This document shows, piece after piece, positions 38,401 to 47,568 of a DNA stretch of 56,796 nt (the first letter of the stretch is position 1; each line of letters starts with the position of its first letter). A program made the translations under genes and the position numbers. The DNA comes from a virus. Lineage: Duplodnaviria > Caudoviricetes. The notes below the pieces were generated by a model. That model was not told the DNA's origin, made no database searches, and worked only from the letters and a program-made list of their open reading frames with translations. The DNA lies in the IMG/VR virus record IMGVR_UViG_3300032225_000823, positions 1 to 56,796 of that record. One strand, 5' to 3'.

Positions 38401-39395
38401 TCCTCACCAACAAACGGTTCTTTCCGCTCTTGAGGCTGCTGCGGTTGTTGCGGTTGGGCGGATAATTTTTTAGTTACATATTGCGTAGCTTTAGAGGCAG
38501 CGCTAACTAAACCCGCTTGAGTGGCTGTAGAAATTAATGTTTGATAGGCTGCGGCAGGTCGTTCGGCCCAGTAATCTGCCCATGTTTTATCTGGATTAGC
38601 AATGGCAGTATCAATTGCGTCTTGAGCAAGCGTAGCAACTTGCTCACTTGGAAGTTCTCTAATTAACAGCCCAGCAATAAATTCTTTTGCTCCAGTTTTA
38701 CCAAACTTAGAAACCAAAAAACCCATTGGAAGTTTTTCGGTAATAATTTCAGTGCCGCCTTCACCTAAAGCACCCAACGCAGCTTCTCCGGGAGTGGCCC
38801 CCCGATTCATATATTTATTAAAAGCTTCAGCAGCAACCTGCGTGCCGCCTACAAGAGCCGCGATAGTACTAGCACCTAAAGCCGTAGCCCCGGCAGGGAG
38901 CGCCGCTACACCTGCAGCAATGGCGGGTGCGGTTTTAACTAGACTTTCTGCACCGCCGTAAATGCCACGAAGGGTAGGGTCTTCAATTTCCGGACGCGCT
39001 AAGTCAGTTCTAAACTCAGCTTGAGCGCCACGTTTCTGTTGGGTTTTTGCGTATTCTTTAAGGTTAGCTGCGGTTTCAGTAGCGCCAAGTTTTTCAGCCA
39101 CGGCAGAACCGGCTTCACCAAAAGCACTCTTGATACCAGAAATAGTTGCCGGAATCGCTTCTCCAGCAGCAGTGGAAAGGCCAGAAAGAATAGAAGACAG
39201 CGAAGCTTCGGGACCGCGCGGGGCCTTTAGCTCAGGGGCCGTGCCTGCCTCTACATCAGCCATATTTTGACGGATGTTTTCTTGCTCAGTAATCTTAGGC
39301 AGAATGTCTTTTTCAATCGCGGACGTAATATCTGCCGCAGACATATTATCTGGGAACGTCACGTTTCCCAGCTTGGGGACAAATACAACAGGCAT
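32490..39395 (-). CDS. Large putative internal virion/DNA-ejection protein with GHKL ATPase and HExxH metallopeptidase
   Basis: 2301 aa, last gene of the ejection cluster; KELFQNSFDG, DNGTGM, GGLGIAK; HELAHHEVRSHNEEF. Confidence 0.75.
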   Translation of the reverse strand: MPVVFVPKLGNVTFPDNMSAADITSAIEKDILPKITEQENIRQNMADVEAGTAPELKAPRGPEASLSSILSGLSTAAGEAIPATISGIKSAFGEAGSAVAEKLGATETAANLKEYAKTQQKRGAQAEFRTDLARPEIEDPTLRGIYGGAESLVKTAPAIAAGVAALPAGATALGASTIAALVGGTQVAAEAFNKYMNRGATPGEAALGALGEGGTEIITEKLPMGFLVSKFGKTGAKEFIAGLLIRELPSEQVATLAQDAIDTAIANPDKTWADYWAERPAAAYQTLISTATQAGLVSAASKATQYVTKKLSAQPQQPQQPQERKEPFVGEEPPPAPKAAAKPAAKPVEPAALEDEILTPQTVDYAKIDADLRKKGLLPAEESSEDLDEDEINERLRLSAELESKQEEIDPETGLPVYTPAPRVRKLGKTRTESEQAKLELTQAKRNLSKFEAEVRGVESLLGEADPTNVERVQELRNTVSQAQQRYDAVEEKNKAKQEQQAAAEGKPPPPVEPVGPSNDKLLEDLGKLKDDLLTSSGKPPMPNTPARKKYDEIQSAYDEIEQLKAQNEEISTKPGADVGRLTKLLGNKLYGSLENLPKVTVKELFQNSFDGIKPLLESGAISEGKINIGVNEGNRTIEMVDNGTGMEPNILATKFLEIAGTQKETESASGGLGIAKMQFLFGNKNIKVITVRDGKVSTLETTGPDLEKALSNPGVAPKITVESWDEAVAKNKQLQNLFPDNSGTYVKVGVPETFHNLDTGKDEPIELDNWAHSYPSLRTSPLFRNVDVNFHTLRDKATLFGALTDPANNYSYSESIPVGKNFPIDEHSPLTTVKFGWGDAVMYVTREPEQYEWNQSRVHVLSNGIYQFTQKIDKGPKYNFYLDVHPKVRAEDLGYPFDLNRQRFSPAVAGDFDKIFNYVKQLYNVSDLQSNATNYGTVRYLEPSGPTQPETLSPPLPAMEVPTNLLRPGDSMAVINGKLEINGRPVPEITSAEASSFKIDLNTLVIPQDQLRTDAPILNDNLFVKNEGLSFTELMEDSFGPRFYSYMRELGEAFMELRDVVAKEMGYDKYNSYKEVSLDKEVIGISFDIEYRGVSTRVPFWGMYLNPAAVSYGNKLFSASVSPERAASAMFGTMVHELAHHEVRSHNEEFPAEMQKISAFLAVPNNTDFDLDAFLKNFRGLVARNSDIQSEMERVFNEGVSNDNLSPIGNRLKEAGSYQTTARGPASDLGSDGYTARSYEKLPEGPAEGEGSAGKQPRPKRVPKQAKVTPPEPYQASSRSGRGFFSRISKNYTQYPKWNDVRREVSALLRTAPSKTRRAVLGALPNYQVIDLAGMEFDVLDVEKGRRGFRTKLPQFDVLTAKIGELEALRKRIETSGAKILERSKLMYANKQFAEAVALEEKIELEATASEVDPDTDTSNAYLNGLWGKLGRLPGGEQAKQIYRDRLKFYKVMFNNVRTYMEGEMYRTYRMAGESETAAKTKAKSYVEKIMPVIKGPYFHMFRVGQFWYQYNLPDVGKGFEMFESEAERNAELDIAKDAYREKLKEQGVKESEIEAKVDEAFFDAGNGFSEVFNDAIGMKIAMDRVKDIVSNSIDKQLEKVSANPDAEADEALNKAKTAITNELQQLILQLAPTGSLRKMFARRKLRAGANPDMQRSFADSVLKVSNFFPKVVYAKDMYAALRSAREYVKSSTSSAEEKAVAKDYIKEMELRTDQVMSPPNRPLPVRLFQTLNFYQYLSSVASSVFNFVGGNIQAASILFGEYPVLGIPKLIQYNFKHRAAVAKQAPNGLFSIGIEFNKKLDPDIKKARDRMVAENVFNVSQMYDVATTANTPSDKQQGIITTGLNAIAVPFHLSERLMRESGALAHFDLSHEKYLDKKNADGSKTFDEEEAFERAYQDAVNFTRRAFGEPSTLQRGRYFKDWRALPLQFKSFVVQQTIFQYQLLTKALQLSAKKERERIVKDLGEDAAKEFDKQSAEMRWQAIRTLSAIVLLSYAFTGLKGTPFWWLISKMIGLIHALYSDNDEEVPFDADNFLMNWLEEHVPELGGATIGRGWVAKKLNIATEGRLVYDIPSLWVSEEGSSAAKTNVDAVKNFMLGMLGPTTSYFQDWAAAIDLWSQGKYERGIEIVVPAGVRSLMVAIRVANEGEKTRSGKQLISKDEVNEADVLYKAFGFEPEDWKRKKSTIFEVKSKDIAIRDRRQEILDQAWMAYQETDPEIKKELMDKVLKRKADFNALYGSSPAYRLPNDAIRKTIKSRAKQQAIAQRQGGINVDRKAYPMLEGMGRYGRFPSELGEEEDED

Positions 39396-39407
39396 AAGCG
39401 CCCCTTT

Positions 39408-41135
39408 TTATTGTTTAGGAACTTTCTGGAGTCCCTTAGACGGGTCGTATACGTAGTTTGGCACAACTGGCTGTCCCGTTCCAGCAGATTGTTGGGTTAC
39501 ATCGCCGCCAAGCCAAGGTGTGAACATTTGTCTAGCAAAACCACCACCGGCCTGCACTTCATTTACCCCAAATTTGTCTCTTTCTTCAGCGAGAACTTTA
39601 TTCTTAAGTTGTTCGGCTTTCCACGTATAGTAATCTTTTTGGGTCATGGTCTTGCCGTTCGTATCTTTTATTTCTTTCCCGCCTTCTACTGCCGGTTTTT
39701 TATCCGCATCAGCAGCGCCCGCTTTAGCTACAGCCGAGCGGTAAAGGTCTGCGGTTGGTGAGCCACCAGATAGCAGTAAATCATTAGTAGACCGACCTGC
39801 GCCTGCTAAGTTAATACCCGCTTTACCGCCAGCAAACGAACTTGGTTCTAAGGCCATAGCGGCTGCAAGAGCGATTCTGGAATCGGACAAACCTTTAGAT
39901 GCGGGGTCTTTCTTAAGAATTGCAAACATGCGGTCAAATTTGTCGCCTTGGTTAACCTTAATCCGGTCAGTAACCGCAGTGTAAAACTTAAGCCTTTCTT
40001 CAGTAATACCGCGAGCAGCTTTTGCTGACTCACCAATAAGGTTGCCTTGAGCAGTAACTGCTTGAATGTTGAGCTTAGCCACGTCACGTTTATCGGCCTT
40101 GGCGTCTTTAAGCCTTGCGTCGGCTGCATCCAAATCACCAACTTTTCGTGCTGCTTCGGCCATTTTGTAGTTCATACTCATTGAGGTATAGGCATTGCGA
40201 GCCGCTTCTTCTGCAGCCTGTGACTTATCGTAAGCATCACCAAATTCGCTAAGGCCCTCACCAAACGCGGTGCCGAAATACGGCTGCTTAGTACTAGCCA
40301 TTTTGGCAAAGCCTTTAAACGCCGACCACAATTCTGAATTTTGATACCGCTTATCAATTCGCGCCTTAGTATCTGCAAGCATACCCGAGACTTCTGCTTC
40401 TACAGGGTCAAAAATATCACGGCGTTCTTTTATAGCAGCCTCTCTAATTTTCTTTCCGTCTTCTTCAGAAATCTCACCCGCTCTTACCAATGCCGGAATA
40501 CCAGCATTAAGCGCATTTATTTGTGAGATAGCTTCTTGCTGCCCTGTCGTAGGGGCAGGTAGGTTCAGGCCGGAGTAGCCTTCAGCCTTGGTGGGAGCTT
40601 TGGTTGGAAGCGCGGCAACGCCCGAATCTTCCTGCGCGTTTAGTTGGCGGTCAATCTGGTCAATAGCAGCGGCTATTTGCGCTTTTTGCGGGCTGTCGGC
40701 AGGCAGCGCCGCATATTGTTGGTTTAAGAATTCTAAATTACTTTGCAGTTGTTCTTCGTTAACACCGCCGCCGCCATCAAATGCAACGATACCACCGCCT
40801 GCCATATTGTGTTCTTGGAACATGTGGTCGGGTACATGAAGTTCAGCTAAGCCGCCGTGGGCGGCGTGCATTACAGGCTGCTGGGGTTGCGTTTGCTGCG
40901 GGGGCGGCATTTGTTGTTGCTGTGGTTGACCCTGCATAACCTGCTGGATGAGAGCATCTTTTACCGTACCCTGCGGAGGTTGAGCTTGGTTACCGCCTTC
41001 TTTCATTTCTTTTTGGAATTGCAACGCCGCCATAGCCAAAAACTGCGGTACCTCTGCACTAGGGTTCTGTGCGTACTTTACCAATACGTCTTGGGGAGCA
41101 AACTTAAGGTGTTCATAAAGTTGAATTTGATTCAT
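39408..41135 (-). CDS. Putative DNA-ejection/internal virion protein
   Basis: 575 aa, Ala/Gln-rich helical, MAGGGIVAF motif; synteny. Confidence 0.6.
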   Translation of the reverse strand: MNQIQLYEHLKFAPQDVLVKYAQNPSAEVPQFLAMAALQFQKEMKEGGNQAQPPQGTVKDALIQQVMQGQPQQQQMPPPQQTQPQQPVMHAAHGGLAELHVPDHMFQEHNMAGGGIVAFDGGGGVNEEQLQSNLEFLNQQYAALPADSPQKAQIAAAIDQIDRQLNAQEDSGVAALPTKAPTKAEGYSGLNLPAPTTGQQEAISQINALNAGIPALVRAGEISEEDGKKIREAAIKERRDIFDPVEAEVSGMLADTKARIDKRYQNSELWSAFKGFAKMASTKQPYFGTAFGEGLSEFGDAYDKSQAAEEAARNAYTSMSMNYKMAEAARKVGDLDAADARLKDAKADKRDVAKLNIQAVTAQGNLIGESAKAARGITEERLKFYTAVTDRIKVNQGDKFDRMFAILKKDPASKGLSDSRIALAAAMALEPSSFAGGKAGINLAGAGRSTNDLLLSGGSPTADLYRSAVAKAGAADADKKPAVEGGKEIKDTNGKTMTQKDYYTWKAEQLKNKVLAEERDKFGVNEVQAGGGFARQMFTPWLGGDVTQQSAGTGQPVVPNYVYDPSKGLQKVPKQ

Positions 41136-41138
41136 GAT

Positions 41139-43064
41139 TTATCCCACCAGTTCTTTGAGTCGTACAGCAGCTAAACCTTCAGAATATTTATTTCTAACCG
41201 CACCGCCACGGGCGAAGGCTCCAAAAGCTTTGGCTGCGGTAGCGAGCGAGCCAGCTCCACCAATTAACTGCGCGGCTAGACTTGGCGGCTGTTGATACGT
41301 TGTAGATGTTTGTCCGGGTTGCTGCGGTAAACCACGGATAATGCCACTATAGTTATATAGCTGGTCCCACGGATACTGGCGTTGGTTAAGAAAATCTTGA
41401 TAGCGTGTATCCATGTACTGCTGGTTTAAGGCTTGTTGCTGAGCAGCAGTGGAAGTCTGTAGGCCGTAGCGGGCGATGTCCGCGTTTTGTTGGTTAAGGC
41501 CTAAGTTACCCAGCAGTTGTGACCCAGCAAGACCCTGTTGCATACCAGCAAGCCCAATCTGACTACCAAGTCCAGCGGCGTATTGTCTCGCTTGTTCAGA
41601 GTTTTGTTGTGCCTGCAGATTAGCTGCTTGATTAAGCTGCTGTGCCGTTAGGTTTTGGTTAGCTCCAAGACTTTGCACACCCAGAGCTGCTTGTAGGTTT
41701 TGTTGGTTTGTAGTCAAACCCGTTTGCTGGTTAGCAAGTGCTGCCTGTAATGCTTGTTGTGATGAATACCCTTGAGTCTGCAGTTGAGACGCAAGGTTCT
41801 GCACATTAGCCTGCTGTTCATTACTGAGATTAGCCAAAGCCATCTGCAAGCCAGTCTGTGTGCCAAGTTGTTGTGTTTGCAGATTAGCAGCAAGGTTTTG
41901 TTGGTTTGTAGTCAAACCCGTTTGCTGGTTAGCAAGTGCTGCCTGTAATGCTTGTTGTGATGAATACCCTTGAGTCTGCAGTTGAGACGCAAGATTCTGT
42001 ACGTTTGCTTGTTGTTGATTGCTAAGATTAGCCAAACGGTTTTGCAAGTTGGACGTGGTGCCTAGGCTCTGCACACCAAGAAGCGCATTAAGGTTTGCTT
42101 GACCTGCAGTAAGACCGGCTTGTTGGTTGGCTAATCCAGCTTGAAGCCCCGACTGAACATTAAGTTGCTGTGCTGCCATACGGCGAGCTTGGTCGCGCTC
42201 AAACTGGGACTGGGCATTTTCATACGCAGACTGCTGGCCCTTGGCGTAAATATCGCCAATCTGTTGTTGTGTGTTACGGTCAGCTTCTGCTTGAAGAAGG
42301 GCTTGTCTGCCGCCTCCAAACGTGCCTCGCCCAATAGACGCCATAGCACCTTGGTTCTTTTCAATATCAGCGCGACGTTGAACTTCACGAGCTGCAATAT
42401 CCGAAACTTGCTGTTGAAACGGCGACATATACTTCGACGCATCTGCTCCGCCAAATTCACTAGACGCGGCTCGTTCAGCAGCGACCTGTTGGGGGCTTTG
42501 CATCTGGTACTTCTCAAGCTGCGCCATGTAGTTAGTATTGTCTTGCGCCCCCTGCATAGAATAATTTTGCAGTTGTTGGGCTTGAACATCCTCAGGCCGC
42601 TGCATTTGATAGTTTTGCAGGTTGGGGTTATACGAACCCTGCGCCCCGCGCATGGAAAAATTCTGAAGCTGTTGGGCTTGAACATCACCCGGTTGATTCA
42701 TTTGGAAATACTGAAGCTCAGGCGACTGTACTTGGTCGGCCCTAAACTGCCCCGGCTGGTATCCAAAAGCTTGATTTAAGCCAGCTAGCCCCGCAGCATA
42801 CCCCATCCCCATGCCAGCCTGAGCGCCTTGGGTTGCTTGAGCAAACTGCCCCGGAGTCTGCATGTTTGCAATTTGATTTTGCAGATTTCTTTGCTGGTCA
42901 GTAAAGCCAGCAATGCGTTGGCCGGAATATGGAACGTAATCTTGATTAGACGCAGCCTGCGCGCGTTGAGCTACGTCAGTAACGTACGGCTCAAGATACT
43001 TGGGGATATTAGTTTGTGTTACGGTCTGGCTACTAGGAGCGCTAGACCCGCCTTTTTTACCCAT
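41139..43064 (-). CDS. Putative DNA-ejection protein, Gln-rich with internal repeats
   Basis: 641 aa, MGKKGGSS N-terminus, GTFGGGRQ motif; follows the GNAT-like gene. Confidence 0.65.
   Translation of the reverse strand: MGKKGGSSAPSSQTVTQTNIPKYLEPYVTDVAQRAQAASNQDYVPYSGQRIAGFTDQQRNLQNQIANMQTPGQFAQATQGAQAGMGMGYAAGLAGLNQAFGYQPGQFRADQVQSPELQYFQMNQPGDVQAQQLQNFSMRGAQGSYNPNLQNYQMQRPEDVQAQQLQNYSMQGAQDNTNYMAQLEKYQMQSPQQVAAERAASSEFGGADASKYMSPFQQQVSDIAAREVQRRADIEKNQGAMASIGRGTFGGGRQALLQAEADRNTQQQIGDIYAKGQQSAYENAQSQFERDQARRMAAQQLNVQSGLQAGLANQQAGLTAGQANLNALLGVQSLGTTSNLQNRLANLSNQQQANVQNLASQLQTQGYSSQQALQAALANQQTGLTTNQQNLAANLQTQQLGTQTGLQMALANLSNEQQANVQNLASQLQTQGYSSQQALQAALANQQTGLTTNQQNLQAALGVQSLGANQNLTAQQLNQAANLQAQQNSEQARQYAAGLGSQIGLAGMQQGLAGSQLLGNLGLNQQNADIARYGLQTSTAAQQQALNQQYMDTRYQDFLNQRQYPWDQLYNYSGIIRGLPQQPGQTSTTYQQPPSLAAQLIGGAGSLATAAKAFGAFARGGAVRNKYSEGLAAVRLKELVG
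41695..41993. repeat. 101-bp perfect direct repeat, 198-bp period
   Basis: 41695-41795 identical to 41893-41993. Confidence 0.9.
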
Positions 43065-43066
43065 TT

Positions 43067-43495
43067 TTATTCCTCCGGCTGCGCTACTGGCAACTCAAAC
43101 GTCACATGATTTTGTTTAATCCCATCTCTTTTAAATATTTTAAGCCACCCTGCACGCCCAGTCACTTCTATTCCTTCACAATCAGTATCTCGGGCAAAGC
43201 ATTGCAGCGTATGCAGCATCGGTTCTTTCCACTTGTTTAGTTTGATGCCACCAGCAAAGTGCATGGCTAACATCTTTTTCCTAGGATAGTGAAGAAACTC
43301 AGTAACTACTGCGCCGTACACTGTATCTAAATCTTCGTACGCAACCCACAGCAAGTGGTTATAGTCCGTAATACAAGTTTTAATATCGTCTACAGTAAAC
43401 CGTCCGTAAGTGTATTTAGCTGCCCCATCAATATAACTCTCTACTTTGGGCCAACAAAAATTCAAATGCTCAAGCGGTACATACGAGATTTTCAC
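43067..43495 (-). CDS. Putative GNAT-fold virion-assembly protein
   Basis: 142 aa (LLWV...GAVVTE...GR.GW); position of P22 gp14/T7 gp13 analogues. Confidence 0.55.
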   Translation of the reverse strand: MKISYVPLEHLNFCWPKVESYIDGAAKYTYGRFTVDDIKTCITDYNHLLWVAYEDLDTVYGAVVTEFLHYPRKKMLAMHFAGGIKLNKWKEPMLHTLQCFARDTDCEGIEVTGRAGWLKIFKRDGIKQNHVTFELPVAQPEE

Positions 43496-43504
43496 TTTTG
43501 CCCT

Positions 43505-44908
43505 TTACGCCGGAAGAAACTTATGCGGGTTGATTTGACGACCTTGTTTAGCAGTCCCCGTGCGGGCTTTGCGGACCTTGTCCATCATTGCATAAAGACG
43601 TTGCGCACCAGCCTTTGTGGAGCCATTACCAAGGTGCGATACTACATCTGCCGGTACAACAAACTCACCATCAGCCAAACGCGCCGGTTGTCTACCAGCA
43701 ATAGTTGCGGGAATAGAGTCACTCATACCATCACCCGGACCATCAAGATACCCACCCCGTGCATAGGCCATAGGCGACGGCTGTTGTGCAATTTGGAACG
43801 GTTGCGGGTCAGGGTTTTGCATTTTGAACGACGCAAGACCATATCCATCACGGCTGAGGTTGGTAGCAGCACCGGGGTTATCCGGATTGTATGTATCTAC
43901 TTGCCCGCCAGCAGCATATTCACCAGCAGCTAAAATACGTGGATTCTTAAAGTACATATACTCAGAAGAGTCATTGGGGTCACGGTCAGTCGGAAAGCTA
44001 ACATCCCGCACTAATTTGTACGGACCTTTGTAATTTGACTTTTCTTCTTTGGCTGTGGGAATTTTAGCTGGACCTTTTGCCCCAAGGAATGGCAGTGTTG
44101 CTCCTGCAACGGTCCCCGGATTATTTTTAATGAATTTCCAAGGGTCAGCCATGATGTTTTTGACACCTTGACTAAACGACGGCGCGCTTTCAGCAAATTC
44201 AGTTGCGGCTAAATCAATTACCCCTTTTCCGGGCGTGCTAGTAAGCCCCGCGGCTAATCGGTCAGCGCTAGGCAGGTATGACGAAGTAGTAGCAAGTGGC
44301 TGCACAGAAGCATTAGAAACCCCAAACGCAGACGCAGGGGAGGGGTTAAGAACTGAAGAAGACAGGGCAGGGTTTGCCCCAGACACGGCGGATAAAGCTG
44401 ACCCCGGGTTAGTAATCATTGAAGACGACGCTGCTTCAACCGGAGTGAGGCTCTTTGCCGTATCCATCAACGTTTCTGGTAGCGCAGAAGATGTTGCTGC
44501 TTTAGTAATACCTGCTTCGGCCACACTATTTCCAAGACCAACCCCAGTTGCAGCGCCCAAGCCATAAGATAGACCCTTAAGCGGGTCGCCTGTTAACGCC
44601 CAGCCAAGCGCACCGGTAGCAAGACCAGCTTCAAGTCCAGTCAGGCCAAGACCCGAAATACCAAATGCACCGGGACCGAGGAATGCGCCCAAAGCAATAG
44701 GCGCTACAATTCCAAGAATGTCACCAAGAAAGCCAGCTTCAGGTAGGCCGGTATGCGGGTTAATAGTCAGTGAGCCACCATGCGCCATAGCCAAAGACTG
44801 AAGGCCAGCAACCTCACGGGGTTGCATGTGAACAAGCATGGTATCGCCGCCGCGTCCAAGACCGGCAAGGCCACTAGCTACAGGTTGCATTTGGTAGTTT
44901 TGGTTCAT
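43505..44908 (-). CDS. Putative internal virion protein
   Basis: 467 aa; GRGGDTMLVH...INPHTGLPEA and GPGDGMSDSIPA...LADGEFVVPADVV motifs; Gly-rich hydrophobic segment. Confidence 0.65.
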   Translation of the reverse strand: MNQNYQMQPVASGLAGLGRGGDTMLVHMQPREVAGLQSLAMAHGGSLTINPHTGLPEAGFLGDILGIVAPIALGAFLGPGAFGISGLGLTGLEAGLATGALGWALTGDPLKGLSYGLGAATGVGLGNSVAEAGITKAATSSALPETLMDTAKSLTPVEAASSSMITNPGSALSAVSGANPALSSSVLNPSPASAFGVSNASVQPLATTSSYLPSADRLAAGLTSTPGKGVIDLAATEFAESAPSFSQGVKNIMADPWKFIKNNPGTVAGATLPFLGAKGPAKIPTAKEEKSNYKGPYKLVRDVSFPTDRDPNDSSEYMYFKNPRILAAGEYAAGGQVDTYNPDNPGAATNLSRDGYGLASFKMQNPDPQPFQIAQQPSPMAYARGGYLDGPGDGMSDSIPATIAGRQPARLADGEFVVPADVVSHLGNGSTKAGAQRLYAMMDKVRKARTGTAKQGRQINPHKFLPA

Positions 44909-44947
44909 GGCCGTATTATCCAGTATTAGGTTGGCTTTTGCTAGTAC

Positions 44948-45601
44948 TTATGGTACCGCCGATACAAAAGAAAGCGTGGCAATCACTGACGCCGTAGTTG
45001 GGCGAGTTGGTGTTGTTTGTGCAGCGTATGTTTGCAGCGTTACCAATGCGTTATTGGTAGACCAATAAAGTTCAACATAATCGTTCTCGGCTAATTGAAT
45101 GTAATAATTCCACGCACCGTTTGCCTGTCCAACCTGTACTAAAGTGTTCCTCGTGGAACCAGCTACATCAGCGTTATTCTTTTTCAACCAAACGCTAAGG
45201 CTTCGCGCCAAAATATCAGAGTTAAGAATTTGAGCAGACCATTGAAGGTTATATAGCCCCGGGTAAGTCACGGTCATCCGTGAAGACGAAGCAATTGATG
45301 TGGAGTTTTCGTAATCCACAACTTCCAAAGCAACTGCTGTAGCCGTATTAGCGGTAGCAGTCTGGGTTACTAAACTTTTCCACGCGCCGTATGGGTTAAT
45401 TAATTGGTCGCCACGGCCTTTAAAATAGCCTGTTGTGCCGTTAGCCTGCTGTGCTAAAAAATAATCCGCCTGCAGCGGAGTTGTTGAATCTAGGCGTTGA
45501 AAATAAAGCGCCAACGCTCTCATGTACTGATTTTGCTGTACTTGGTTGTATTTATTTTCTGGCAGGGGTAGAGCTGGTGCTCTAAATAAAATCATTGCCA
45601 T
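44948..45601 (-). CDS. Putative tail/virion protein
   Basis: 217 aa; C-terminal beta-rich C1q/BclA-like pattern (GLYNLQWSAQ...DYVELYW). Confidence 0.6.
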   Translation of the reverse strand: MAMILFRAPALPLPENKYNQVQQNQYMRALALYFQRLDSTTPLQADYFLAQQANGTTGYFKGRGDQLINPYGAWKSLVTQTATANTATAVALEVVDYENSTSIASSSRMTVTYPGLYNLQWSAQILNSDILARSLSVWLKKNNADVAGSTRNTLVQVGQANGAWNYYIQLAENDYVELYWSTNNALVTLQTYAAQTTPTRPTTASVIATLSFVSAVP

Positions 45602-45603
45602 TG

Positions 45604-47568
45604 TTAAAAACTCCCACCGCGAGAGCCATCTTCACGAGCATCAATACGCGGCATACCCAACTGCCACTGAGTGCCAAGAGTATTTGACTCAATTCTAAAA
45701 TTCATCTGACGGCCGCGCGCCCGTATAAACACTTGGTTGGTATATTGGTCAAATACGGCCGTTGTTGTTACTACGTTTTGAGAAGTAGTTTGGCCTTCTT
45801 GGTTTGTGGTAGAACTAGCCGCACCGGGGAAGTTACGTACCCCAACAGTTATATACGCAGTAGCAGTGCCACCTGCGGTAGAGTTGGTAAAATTAATGTC
45901 CGGAATAACCCGGCGTAGTAACATAAATTTGTCGCCATCACCAACGTCAAAGTCGGCTGATTGGATATAGGCATCTATTGGTAGCGCGCTTGCACCCTGC
46001 GGTTGCCCATCGTTAATACCATCTTCATGTTGATACAACCACCCACCCCCAGCGGCAATTGGGTTAACCACATATCCAGCGTCAGTCCATGCGGTTCTGT
46101 TCAACGTGCCAAAATACCAAATCTGTTCTAAATAGTTATAAATAACGTATCTGTCAATCTCGTTAGAATTTGCGCTGGCGTAGAACCAAATGACTTCGTT
46201 GTATTCAGCATTACCACCGGCAAAGAAAATAGACGATAGGTCTTGATTGATGTCTTGGAAAATGTATTGCCGCAAGGTACAAGGCAGTGTATCAACACGA
46301 CCAGTATAAATATAGAACCGGTCTACACCCATCCAATATGCAGCGTTATTAACAACAGTTACTGCGTTCGGACCCATAATGCTGATATTGTTGTCTAGCT
46401 CTTGAAGCGCAAATACTTCGCTGGTACCAGTAAACTGCAGGGAATTAAGCGAAAAGTCTGTGAAAATAAGAATTTCTTGTCTGGACCTAACGCCACATAT
46501 AATTCGTGTACCAGCTTGAACCCGCAAAAAACCAGCGTTGTTTGTGGTTGTGGGGTTCCAAATCCAAGGCTGTGGGCCATCATTGGCGCTTACGTTAGAC
46601 CAACGAATTAATAGCGAATCATAAACTCCGGTTAACCCGTCAGTACAACTTAAGGCAAGTAAATGTCCACTAGGAGCGAAAAGAATTTGTCCGGTTTGTC
46701 GGGGAATAGCGTCCTTTTGTGGTGTGGTAAGCCCCGGATAATCAATCATGTTAGTTGCGCGGCTAAGATATGAGCTGTCATATGCCCAATAAAACAAATT
46801 AGGGTTTGTGCCAGAACCATATAGCTCTGCACCAGTAGCATCGCGCACAACAAAATACAGTACGTTTAACTGTTGGTCTTCGGAAATAAATCTTGCTGGC
46901 AAATTAATAGGAGTTCCACTAGAACCCCAAGCGCCGCGACCCCAAGTGCCAGTGCCCCAATAAAAACCTTTGGTAACGCTATCATTGCCGGGGTAAATAT
47001 AAGCATAATAAGTAATCGCCGTACCACCGCCAGTAGTAGATGCCGATGTACACCCAGTTGCTACTTGTATAGTGAACGTATTAGCAGTTGGCGTGCTTAA
47101 TACTTGAAACCCAGTATTTAAATCCCCAGACGGTATACCAGCAAATCCTACCGCGCCTACAAAACCAATATAATCTCCAACAGCCAGACTGTGCCCAGTT
47201 ATAGTTACGGTTACTATTTTTGAACCAATTGTTCCAGTTGTGAAACAGTTATCTGTAGATGGTACTGTTGAGTGAGTATAAGTGACACGGGCGGGGGTAA
47301 TGTCATTTAAATTATTACCCTGCTGAATATAAATCTTCTTGCTAGTGCCAAGTGCAGTTAATGGAGTTGAATTATCTACAACATACGGCAGCAAAGAACG
47401 ACACGCCCCAAGATACGATGTGTAATTACTTACCGTCCAACCACCAATTTTTTCTGGAAACCCAGAACGAAACCTAATTTTGTCACAGTCATACCAACCA
47501 CCTTCAGATGAGTAGTCTGTTTGGTCTCGGTTGATACCCGGTTTAAAAATAAGTTTCTGTAATGGCAT
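45604..47568 (-). CDS. Putative tail nozzle/head-stabilisation protein (P22 gp10/T7 gp12-like)
   Basis: 654 aa beta-rich (MPLQKLIFKPGINRD...RARGRQ), upstream of the ejection genes. Confidence 0.6.
   Translation of the reverse strand: MPLQKLIFKPGINRDQTDYSSEGGWYDCDKIRFRSGFPEKIGGWTVSNYTSYLGACRSLLPYVVDNSTPLTALGTSKKIYIQQGNNLNDITPARVTYTHSTVPSTDNCFTTGTIGSKIVTVTITGHSLAVGDYIGFVGAVGFAGIPSGDLNTGFQVLSTPTANTFTIQVATGCTSASTTGGGTAITYYAYIYPGNDSVTKGFYWGTGTWGRGAWGSSGTPINLPARFISEDQQLNVLYFVVRDATGAELYGSGTNPNLFYWAYDSSYLSRATNMIDYPGLTTPQKDAIPRQTGQILFAPSGHLLALSCTDGLTGVYDSLLIRWSNVSANDGPQPWIWNPTTTNNAGFLRVQAGTRIICGVRSRQEILIFTDFSLNSLQFTGTSEVFALQELDNNISIMGPNAVTVVNNAAYWMGVDRFYIYTGRVDTLPCTLRQYIFQDINQDLSSIFFAGGNAEYNEVIWFYASANSNEIDRYVIYNYLEQIWYFGTLNRTAWTDAGYVVNPIAAGGGWLYQHEDGINDGQPQGASALPIDAYIQSADFDVGDGDKFMLLRRVIPDINFTNSTAGGTATAYITVGVRNFPGAASSTTNQEGQTTSQNVVTTTAVFDQYTNQVFIRARGRQMNFRIESNTLGTQWQLGMPRIDAREDGSRGGSF

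Noticed and set aside
41695-41993. Diversity-generating retroelement TR/VR pair
   Set aside because: Copies are identical, with no adenine-specific mismatches, in frame within one gene; no reverse transcriptase in the window
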